Positions 1 to 7,026 of a stretch of DNA of 20,000 nucleotides are shown here, piece after piece. Below the pieces are notes generated by a model that was not told the DNA's origin, did not search any database, and saw nothing but the letters and a program-made list of their open reading frames with translations. Within the stretch, counting starts at the first letter, position 1. Every line of letters starts with the position of its first letter. Origin of the DNA: an uncultured virus (IMG/VR IMGVR_UViG_3300042294_002722) (Duplodnaviria > Heunggongvirae > Uroviricota > Caudoviricetes); the IMG/VR virus record IMGVR_UViG_3300042294_002722; one strand, written 5' to 3'. The translations under genes were made by a program, and so were the position numbers.

Positions 1-2
1 AA

Positions 3-452
3 TCCTGCACACTAGGTAACACTTCCGAGTACAGATGCTGGTGCAAATTTAAGCGAAGGTGTCTGGCTCCTAATGACCGTGGTTACATTGATTACGGTGG
101 CCGAGGCATTCGTGTCTGCGAGCGATGGCTTGGTTCCACGGGCTTCCAGAACTTCCTGGCTGACATGGGGCGTAAGCCTAGTCCCGCCTATTCGATAGAC
201 AGAATCGACGTAAACGGCGATTACTGTCCCGAAAATTGCAGATGGGCTACCCGTACTCAACAGAATAATAACACCCGCAGAAACATCGTATTGACCCATG
301 CCGGGAGGTCTATGACTATGGCGGAATGGTCGCGCGAAACGGGCATAGACTACAAAATAATACATTCTAGGGTACAGATTATGGGATGGTCAGCAGAAGA
401 TGCCTTGACTCGCCCCATACGCCAAATAAGCAAACGAGGACCGAACAGATGA
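3..452 (+). CDS. HNH (homing-type) endonuclease with C-terminal helical DNA-binding domain; 5'-truncated by window edge
   Basis: The frame of ORF 165..452 is open back to base 3 and reads ...YRCWCKFKRRC...YIDYGGRGIRVCERW...FQNFLADMGRKP..YSIDRIDVNGDYCPENCRWATRTQQNNNTRRN, the typical phage HNH pattern (YGGRGI.VC.RW / SIDRID.NG.Y.P.NCRWAT). The C-terminus TMAEWSRETGIDYKIIHSRV..GWS.EDAL is HTH-like. Confidence 0.9.
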   Translation, partial: SCTLGNTSEYRCWCKFKRRCLAPNDRGYIDYGGRGIRVCERWLGSTGFQNFLADMGRKPSPAYSIDRIDVNGDYCPENCRWATRTQQNNNTRRNIVLTHAGRSMTMAEWSRETGIDYKIIHSRVQIMGWSAEDALTRPIRQISKRGPNR

Positions 453-1453
453 TACAAGAACTGCGGCTAAAGAATTTCCAACGGCACAAAGACCTCCAGG
501 TCACATTTGGCCCTCACATTACGGCTATCGTGGGCCAGAGCGATACTGGCAAGTCAGCAATTATCCGTGCGATTCGATGGCTCGTAGAACATCGCCCGAT
601 CAGTGGTCTGCCCACCCACGGAACCGATGACACGCGAGTCGGGATCAAGACAGACAAAGGATTAGTAATTCGGTTCAAGGACAAAAAGAACTACGGATAC
701 TCGGTCAACGGTCAAAAGTATCTGGCTACGGGAACACAGCAACCAGTTCCGGTTAGCCAGTTATTAGCGATGGAGGACATTAACTTTCAGGGCCAGCATG
801 ATCCCGTGTTTCTGCTTTCTCTGACCCCGGGACAAATGGCTAAGGAGCTAAACCGGATAGTCGATCTTTCAGTCATTGATGAATCGATGGCTGAGATCAA
901 TAGTCGGGTGACGAAAACGAAGGCACAGGTCACAACATACCAAGAAGAAGAGGCTAGACTAGCCAAAGGCGTAGAAGAACTGCTCTGGGTCCAAGAGGCT
1001 GTGGACAAGCTGGCTTTGCTAGACGAACGCGCCACAAAGCTAGAATCGGTTGAGTGCCGCCATGCCGCCCTGGAAATAAAGGTTTTGCGTTTAACTGAAT
1101 CGGATGCAAAGTTACAGAAATACAGGGAAATGGAAGACTGGCTTTCTCTGTTTGTGGAGACAGTCCGACAATACCGCGAACACTGTTCTCGCCGGGATTC
1201 CCTAAAAAAGGTGGTTGACGGCATCCTGAACCGTAAGTTCCCCAGTCAGAAATTTTACGACGCAATCGAATCTCTGCTTGCCAGGGCTGAAACTGTAGCA
1301 CAAATGAAACAAAAGAGAGATCGACTAGCAGTCTTAGTAGCACAGGCAAAAAGCTGCAACTCGTCAATCGCTATCAAAGATACCGAGATATCCCAAACCC
1401 AGTCCCAGATCAAGGAGATTCCAGTATGCCCATCGTGCAACCGTCCCCTGTAG
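449..1453 (+). CDS. Rad50/SbcC-like ATPase, N-terminal half (Walker A, Q-loop, coiled coil, zinc hook)
   Basis: The ATG at 449 overlaps the HNH stop (ATGA) and has GAGGA at 436-440. Reads MIQELRLKNFQRH (SMC-family start), Walker A GQSDTGKS, Q-loop INFQGQHD and a long heptad-rich region, and ends in CPSCNRPL (CxxC hook). No signature motif or Walker B. Confidence 0.88.
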   Translation: MIQELRLKNFQRHKDLQVTFGPHITAIVGQSDTGKSAIIRAIRWLVEHRPISGLPTHGTDDTRVGIKTDKGLVIRFKDKKNYGYSVNGQKYLATGTQQPVPVSQLLAMEDINFQGQHDPVFLLSLTPGQMAKELNRIVDLSVIDESMAEINSRVTKTKAQVTTYQEEEARLAKGVEELLWVQEAVDKLALLDERATKLESVECRHAALEIKVLRLTESDAKLQKYREMEDWLSLFVETVRQYREHCSRRDSLKKVVDGILNRKFPSQKFYDAIESLLARAETVAQMKQKRDRLAVLVAQAKSCNSSIAIKDTEISQTQSQIKEIPVCPSCNRPL

Positions 1454-2343
1454 CAGTTCTTTGTTCTGACCTACACCTTCGTCATACGGTCCCCTCGGGC
1501 CGTGCCGAATCGAACTGGTACGATGTCATGTTTCCGTACCTAAAGAACCTACGAGAGGTGTCCTATCGTTACGGAATCCCGATTATCTGCGCGGGAGACG
1601 TATTCGACCGATGGAATCCCCCGGCTGAACTGGTTTCGTGGGCCATTGACCACCTACCTGAGATGTATGCGATTCCGGGGCAGCATGACTTGAATGGGCA
1701 TGACTACGAAAGGCGAATGGACGGGGCATACGGGGCACTGGTAAAAGCTGGCATTATCCATGACTTGATACCCGAGGCATGGACCGTAATCAGGGGTGGA
1801 GTAGCGGTTTGGGCCAATCCCTGGGGTCGGTATCTATTTCCCGATCACGGGCCATTGATACATAGTGAAGTTTCTTTGCAAGTGATCCACAAGTATGTCT
1901 ACACAGATTCAACTCCGAGCAAATACTACGGAGCGCCAGAAGACGCAGAGTATCGAGCGTGCCTATCAGCAAACAGCAAGTTAGTGGATTACATACTTAT
2001 CGGGGACAATCACATCCGGTGGAACACCCTGGAGGCAGGGAATCCCGGTAGCCTGATCCCCATGAAACAGGACCAGATAAACCATAAGCCTGCCTACGGC
2101 TTGCTATCTTCTTCGGGCCTTGCCGAATGGTATGAGTACGATGTACCCGCTCCTAAGTGGCAGACCCTAATGTACGCAGCGTCCCTGACTGAAAAGGTCG
2201 CGGACGATGTAATCGCGGCTCTCGGCAGCCTAGAAACTGTATCAGAGTCTTTTTCGGATCGTCTTTTCCATGCCGCCGAAAACGCCGCTTGCCTAGAACT
2301 TTCTAAAATTTTGAGGGAAGTGTGGGAGCAGACTCGGAAATAG
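1426..2343 (+). CDS. Mre11/SbcD-like metallophosphoesterase nuclease
   Basis: Phosphoesterase motifs SDLH, AGDVFD, PGQHD, IH, GDNH, followed by NPGS; lies between the two SbcC halves. Confidence 0.9.
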   Translation: MPIVQPSPVAVLCSDLHLRHTVPSGRAESNWYDVMFPYLKNLREVSYRYGIPIICAGDVFDRWNPPAELVSWAIDHLPEMYAIPGQHDLNGHDYERRMDGAYGALVKAGIIHDLIPEAWTVIRGGVAVWANPWGRYLFPDHGPLIHSEVSLQVIHKYVYTDSTPSKYYGAPEDAEYRACLSANSKLVDYILIGDNHIRWNTLEAGNPGSLIPMKQDQINHKPAYGLLSSSGLAEWYEYDVPAPKWQTLMYAASLTEKVADDVIAALGSLETVSESFSDRLFHAAENAACLELSKILREVWEQTRK

Positions 2344-2585
2344 ATCGATACTTATGTAGACACTGCCAAGAGGTCTTGTACATAGCCTCGGGCAGTGGGA
2401 ACGAGCATTTACTTGAATGCCCGTTCGGGTATAGACCAGGAATCAGTCCATGCAAACCAAGGGGAAGACGTAACTGTGGTAGCTGCAAACAAACTCGACA
2501 AACTCGTAAAGGAACTCCAATCTTTGCAGATGGCGAAAGCCCGTCTGGAGGGGGAACAGAAACAGTTGATGAAGTCGTTGAATGA
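2322..2585 (+). CDS. Possible small Cys-rich (Zn-binding) protein
   Basis: GTG start after GAGGG; six Cys including CRHC and CGSC; fills the 2344-2475 gap but overlaps the next gene by about 110 nt, so it is uncertain. Confidence 0.3.
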   Translation: MGADSEIDRYLCRHCQEVLYIASGSGNEHLLECPFGYRPGISPCKPRGRRNCGSCKQTRQTRKGTPIFADGESPSGGGTETVDEVVE

Positions 2586-2733
2586 ACTCGGCTTTGATTC
2601 CGTAGAGGATGCGTCTGAGGAACTGGATCGCTTGGACGAGTTTTTAAGACAAGAAGGGAGCCTGCTCGATGCCGACTACGAACAATTCCAGACCCAGTAC
2701 GCTGACGCGATCCAAGCTGCACAGGCTAAGTAG
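2476..2733 (+). CDS. Small coiled-coil protein, possibly the missing middle segment of the split Rad50 arm
   Basis: In frame with ORF 2395..2733; the likely GTG start at 2476 follows GGGGAAG (2461-2467). Heptad-rich: KLDKLVKELQSLQMAKARLEGEQKQLMKSL...EELDRLDEFL. Confidence 0.7.
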   Translation: MVAANKLDKLVKELQSLQMAKARLEGEQKQLMKSLNELGFDSVEDASEELDRLDEFLRQEGSLLDADYEQFQTQYADAIQAAQAK

Positions 2734-3268
2734 CGAATTATCCCTCAAGCAGAGACAACTTGAAGATACTAGGGCACAGCTTATGTATGCACAGGATCGA
2801 CAAAGATTCCAAGAAACCGCCAAAGAAGTCATTCGGCAGATAGGTGCAGAATGCCAGGAAACCGCACAGGCTCAAATAAACACCGTAGTAACGCGATGTT
2901 TGCAGGCTGTCTTTGGTCCCGGATCGTACCAGTTTCGTTTGGTATTTGAACTCAAACGGGGCCAGACAGAAGCCCGGGCTGTTTTAATCGATGCCCAGGG
3001 CAACGAACTGGACCCCGTACAAAGCGTGGGCGGGGGCATTTTGGACGTAGTGACATTCGGGCTACGCCTCGCGTGTCTTGCGTTGATGCGCCCCCGCCCG
3101 GCGCAGGTACTGATTCTGGATGAACCGTTTAGGTTCCTAAGCGAGCAGTACCGCGAAAACGTGAAGCGACTCATGGTTGAGTTGTCAGAGGAGTTGGGAA
3201 TACAGATAATCCTGGTCACGCACATCTCTGAATTCATGGACGTTGGGCATCTAATTACGGTGGTATAA
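2669..3268 (+). CDS. Rad50/SbcC-like ATPase, C-terminal half (coiled coil, signature, Walker B, H-loop)
   Basis: ATG at 2669 with GGGAG 8 nt upstream; N-terminal coiled coil, signature-like SVGGG, Walker B/D-loop VLILDEPFRFLS and H-loop IILVTH; no Walker A. Confidence 0.9.
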   Translation: MPTTNNSRPSTLTRSKLHRLSSELSLKQRQLEDTRAQLMYAQDRQRFQETAKEVIRQIGAECQETAQAQINTVVTRCLQAVFGPGSYQFRLVFELKRGQTEARAVLIDAQGNELDPVQSVGGGILDVVTFGLRLACLALMRPRPAQVLILDEPFRFLSEQYRENVKRLMVELSEELGIQIILVTHISEFMDVGHLITVV

Positions 3269-3269
3269 A

Positions 3270-3476
3270 ATGCGAGATACTGGAGCAACTACTAAATCAG
3301 AGTATGTTCTGAGGTACGGAGTGCATGAAATTGACGAAGATGTGGCAAATGCTATGTTTGTAGCCACGAATGCTGATCCAGGGTCCAATGAGAAGATAGA
3401 GATCATGGCAAAGCGATTTGAATTGGGCCAGCCCATTTTTCATCCGGACGACAAGACTTACGGAAACCAAGCATGA
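3270..3476 (+). CDS. Small hypothetical protein with T-x-A-x-PGS-x-EKI...R...G-x-P-x-F/W-HP-x-D motif
   Basis: Tightly packed ORF (1 nt after the previous stop; ATGA overlap with the next gene); contains ATNADPGSNEKIEIMAKRFELGQPIFHPDD. Confidence 0.75.
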   Translation: MRDTGATTKSEYVLRYGVHEIDEDVANAMFVATNADPGSNEKIEIMAKRFELGQPIFHPDDKTYGNQA

Positions 3477-4231
3477 AATTCCTTTGCCTGACTCCTCTGT
3501 ATAACCATCATCAACGGCTTACTCAGAACGTGTACCAAGCACTCGTTGACCAGACCCACGGTGACTGGGTTTGGGTGCTAGGAGATGACAGGCCGTGGGA
3601 ATCGCAATTACCGGGACTTCTTGAACCAGACCCCCGAGTTGTAATAAAGCGATTCCACACCAGATGCGAAAGCATGGGCGAGAAGTACACGGCTATGGTC
3701 GCACACGCAGAAGAACAAGGCATCCAGTGGGATGCGATTGCCATCATGGACGGCGATGACATGTTCATGCCAAAGCACCTTGAGAAACACGCGGAGGCAC
3801 TTTCCTGGGGCCTCTACAGCCGTCCTAGCGTAGTGCTTACAGCGATGACCGGGATTGTGCAAGTGGAGTCCTCGACAGGCCGGTTCTGGAGTTCTGTAGC
3901 GTTTACTCGTAAAGGGTTAGAAAGAGTGGGCGGTTTTGGGGACTCTAAGTTTGTCGGATTTGACCAGGAGATGCTGAAAAAATTCAAAATGCTCTGCGGG
4001 GAAACCGACCACGAAACACCGACTTACGTTTATCGGTGGGCTGATACGGCGAGCGACCATGCTTCCGGACACAGTTCTGGATTTGCCTGCACTGAGTGGT
4101 GGGGCAAAGTTCCTGTGATGCCAGGAGAAGGGCTTCTGTATCCTAGGTACGACGATGCTACGGACATTTTTATCATTCCTGGGGCTGAGGCAGTCTATGC
4201 AAAACGAAAAGAATCTGGGCTTTCGTATTAG
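3473..4231 (+). CDS. Glycosyltransferase, GT-A fold (GT2-like)
   Basis: N-terminal LCLTPLYN strand, LVDQTHGDWVWVLGDD, DxD-type IAIMDGDDMF, GLERVGGF and GFDQEM, matching the GT2 motif order. Confidence 0.85.
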   Translation: MKFLCLTPLYNHHQRLTQNVYQALVDQTHGDWVWVLGDDRPWESQLPGLLEPDPRVVIKRFHTRCESMGEKYTAMVAHAEEQGIQWDAIAIMDGDDMFMPKHLEKHAEALSWGLYSRPSVVLTAMTGIVQVESSTGRFWSSVAFTRKGLERVGGFGDSKFVGFDQEMLKKFKMLCGETDHETPTYVYRWADTASDHASGHSSGFACTEWWGKVPVMPGEGLLYPRYDDATDIFIIPGAEAVYAKRKESGLSY

Positions 4232-4910
4232 TAAATCGGAATACATAGATGTAAATGCTATCTATGAACTGCATCACGGTAATCTAGGGGATCACTGGAC
4301 TTCATACAGCCTTATGGCCCTTCTGGGGTTACGCTTTGACCTTCCAAAGGGGTTCACCTACAAGCTGGGTACTTTGAACGGGGGGATGGATTACACAGGC
4401 AGATTGCAAGAGATCGATGCCCTTTTCTCAGAATTTGAGTACCGGCCCCAGCTAGTTCGGGAACAGGGAACAGTCAAAGTCGATCCCTGGTTGAACTGGT
4501 CTACCCCGCCGCTGATGGTTGATAAGAGATTCCGGTGGTCCCTGCAAAAATGCGAGCCGTATTTCTGCTACCAGTTTGACGGTCTATCGGCTGCTGAGAG
4601 CAAGAACCCGCCCCCTAGTTTGATTTTTGCAGTCAAGCAATCCCTAAAATCCAAAGGGTATCGTTCCGTTAGGCTAGGGTCGCATGTTACTTTGCAGGAG
4701 TCTGCCGAGTTGCTTTCCCGGTGCAGTCTTTTTGTAGGGTGCGATAGCGGGTTCAGCCACATCGCCCACAGTGTTGGATGCCCGGTTTACATGTACGAGG
4801 GCAGTCTGCCGGTGTACACGGCACACCGGCTAAAGCAGAACGACATCTTTAAGAGTCTGCCGGAGTTTGAAATGAAACTCCAGCATTGGCATTCCTTTTT
4901 GACGATTTAG
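4197..4910 (+). CDS. Glycosyltransferase, GT-B fold (GT9/heptosyltransferase-like)
   Basis: Likely start at ATG 4197 (GAGG at 4187-4190). N-terminal GNLGD and C-terminal TLQESAELLSRCSLFVGCDSGFSHIAHSVGCPV match the GT9 DSG..H.A motif. Confidence 0.82.
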   Translation: MQNEKNLGFRISKSEYIDVNAIYELHHGNLGDHWTSYSLMALLGLRFDLPKGFTYKLGTLNGGMDYTGRLQEIDALFSEFEYRPQLVREQGTVKVDPWLNWSTPPLMVDKRFRWSLQKCEPYFCYQFDGLSAAESKNPPPSLIFAVKQSLKSKGYRSVRLGSHVTLQESAELLSRCSLFVGCDSGFSHIAHSVGCPVYMYEGSLPVYTAHRLKQNDIFKSLPEFEMKLQHWHSFLTI

Positions 4911-4912
4911 GT

Positions 4913-6943
4913 CTACTTGCAAAGACCTTTTTCGATCTTCTTTTCTGCGGCACGGATTGCTCGTAATACCGCCAGCTTGACCACGGGTCGCACATAGAGG
5001 TGGCCCATGTTTCGTTTGTCGGCTTCTTCCTTGAGCCAGTCTAGGATCGTCTCTAACTCTTCGCGGCACTTAGCCGGTCCCCAATCATCCATCACGGCTG
5101 CGCGTGCGTTACAGGAGCAACCAGGGGCCGCCTCGATGCCTATAAGCTTTAGGGTGGCCTTTAGTTCTTGCCCGCAACCGCAAAGTTTTCCTTCGGGATC
5201 GAGCATCCCGGGAAACAGTTTTACGGGGTCTTTGGGCTTGTCACCCGGCAGCCGTGACAGCACCGTCATCCCGTACTGGTTTTTCGCGTGTTCAGCGATG
5301 AACCATTCAGGGTTCTGGTTGATAAATTGTGATATCCCCCAGAACATGCCCTTGCCGCCGCCCTCCCCGTCTACCCCGAAGATCGCGGTATCGTGAATCA
5401 TTATGCGTGAAGACACTTTGGGTGCATACCGAGTCAGTTCTTCCAGAACCCGTTCGCCGCTGTGGACTGTATCCAGGAACAAGAAATCTGTTTCTGGTAT
5501 TTCATCGACCAGCTTAGAATGGTCAAACGGAGCGATACTAAACTCCAGCGGTCGCCCGGAGTGCGTTTTTACCATGTCCTGGAGGATACCGATCAAGCTA
5601 TCCTGTTCTTGTTGGAAACTGACCAAGACGGCAGGCTTGTCGCATCGTTTGTCACACTTGGACTTGTCGCAATTACCTCGGCAAGGGATTTTGCGTCCCA
5701 GTGCCCCTAACAACAGGGCAGTGGACTCTCGCCGTCCGGTGATGTCTACTGCATGGTGCATGTCAATGAGCCACTTCATAAACAGCCCGGCATGCTCGTT
5801 CAGATCGCGAGGGGCCAGGGCTACGAAGTTCACTACATCATTGAGGGTTTCGTAATTCGTGGGCAACGGGAAACCGAGATTGGATGTCGCTGCCGCCGCT
5901 GCCGGTGCGGGACCGTTTGCCCTTGGCCTAGGCTGAAAAGGCTGGAACGCTACGGGATCGCGGGCAATGATGTCAAAGGTCGCTTGTGGGAACTTGACTT
6001 CGTCTACGAAGTGCTTACGCACCTCTTCGGTATCCCAATCCACATCTTTGTACCCGATCAGATAGTTTCTGATCTTGTTTTCCATTGTCAGGGGGTACGG
6101 AACTCCTCCCGGACGACCAAAACGATGCACCCATTTGATAAACGGCAGGCAGTAAGTTGTCCTGCCGTGTTTGCGATACAGGGCGTGATGCAGGATTTCC
6201 TCGCCGCCGAATCCCCGGAAATCGCGGTTAAAGGGAATCCAGTGTTCCTTGCTGGTTACAAATAACCCGAACCCTTGACCGGGAACCTCGAACGGCGGTT
6301 CGTCGTTGGTCATACCCATGACTTTGTAGCCGCGATCCACCAACTGTTGTTCATGACCGGGCCAAGGAATCTCGGTAGGAGTCCATTCGCCCTTGCTTTC
6401 TACATGCAATTTGCGTAAATGCACACGGTTGTCAAAGTTTTTGCAGACGATAGCCGTCCCATCTGGATGCCGCCAAGCCGTGGCCCAAGTCCCGTTCATC
6501 TGGTCTTGAAAGCCGATCTCAAAGTGAGTGGAGACAAAGGAAAGCCCGTCATAAAGCAGCGGGCCGGTAAACAGATTCTTCTGCATCTCGGGAGTAGCTT
6601 CCCGTAGATGCTTCTTGAGCAAGTGAATGCCGTTTGCCTGAACGAAAACGTGAGGGTCCGTGACCATCACAAAATCGCCCTGGGCCTCCTCAATGATCTT
6701 GTTACGGGGTTGCGATGTGCCGCCGATCTCTGTGTACGGGATATATCGGATATTTTCAATGTGAGAAATGCTTTGGATAAAGTCCCGAGTGGCCTGACCT
6801 TCTGGCGAGTCAGGATTGTTGTCCACGATGATGAACTCGCAGTCCCGGGTATCCTGGTACATGCGATGTGCTTGGACGGTGAAATAAACACCGTTGAAGT
6901 CATTGTAAGTGGCGCAACCAATGGTTAGAAAAGGCTTGCTCAT
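4913..6943 (-). CDS. Fusion: GT2-like glycosyltransferase, class I SAM methyltransferase-like domain (Methyltransf_24-like) and C-terminal Cys-containing helical domain
   Basis: GT2 motifs LTIGCATYND, EFIIVDNN, SQPRN, GDFVMVTDPHV and FRGFGGEE; a Pro/Ala linker; then DLNEH...TDFLFLDTVHS...IMIHDT...GMTVLSR (MTase-like); the C-terminus is CGCGQELK...GCSCNARAAVMDDWG..KC. Confidence 0.85.
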   Translation of the reverse strand: MSKPFLTIGCATYNDFNGVYFTVQAHRMYQDTRDCEFIIVDNNPDSPEGQATRDFIQSISHIENIRYIPYTEIGGTSQPRNKIIEEAQGDFVMVTDPHVFVQANGIHLLKKHLREATPEMQKNLFTGPLLYDGLSFVSTHFEIGFQDQMNGTWATAWRHPDGTAIVCKNFDNRVHLRKLHVESKGEWTPTEIPWPGHEQQLVDRGYKVMGMTNDEPPFEVPGQGFGLFVTSKEHWIPFNRDFRGFGGEEILHHALYRKHGRTTYCLPFIKWVHRFGRPGGVPYPLTMENKIRNYLIGYKDVDWDTEEVRKHFVDEVKFPQATFDIIARDPVAFQPFQPRPRANGPAPAAAAATSNLGFPLPTNYETLNDVVNFVALAPRDLNEHAGLFMKWLIDMHHAVDITGRRESTALLLGALGRKIPCRGNCDKSKCDKRCDKPAVLVSFQQEQDSLIGILQDMVKTHSGRPLEFSIAPFDHSKLVDEIPETDFLFLDTVHSGERVLEELTRYAPKVSSRIMIHDTAIFGVDGEGGGKGMFWGISQFINQNPEWFIAEHAKNQYGMTVLSRLPGDKPKDPVKLFPGMLDPEGKLCGCGQELKATLKLIGIEAAPGCSCNARAAVMDDWGPAKCREELETILDWLKEEADKRNMGHLYVRPVVKLAVLRAIRAAEKKIEKGLCK

Positions 6944-6974
6944 AAAAATCCCTGTAAAACGTGTCCCGCTAAGA

Positions 6975-7012
6975 AACTCCTTGCATTATAGACAAGGAGT
7001 TCTAGGTTGCAA
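6975..7012 (-). promoter_or_regulatory. Sigma70-like promoter for the GT-MTase gene with the -10 box inside a 9-bp inverted repeat (operator or hairpin)
   Basis: Minus strand TTGCAA (7012-7007), 16-nt spacer, TATAAT (6990-6985); inverted repeat AACTCCTTG (6975-6983) / CAAGGAGTT (6993-7001); located in the 83-nt intergenic gap. Confidence 0.6.
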
Positions 7013-7026
7013 ATCTACCGAATAAC

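Noticed and set aside
386..448. Longer start for the SbcC N-half given in the ORF track
   Set aside because: It overlaps the HNH gene; the ATG at 449 has an RBS, stop-start coupling and the canonical SMC-family N-terminus.
1451..1545. Stop-codon recoding (TAG read-through) as the explanation for the split Rad50
   Set aside because: Reading through the TAG at 1451-1453 hits a TAA about 30 codons later; long genes are intact under code 11, and TAG ends several genes at sensible positions.
2638..2733. Programmed frameshift fusing the small coiled-coil ORF to the Rad50 C-half at the TTTTTAA run
   Set aside because: The target frame has TAA at 2645-2647 right at the run, and the C-half has its own RBS and ATG; a +1 shift later in the overlap cannot be excluded but has no visible signal.
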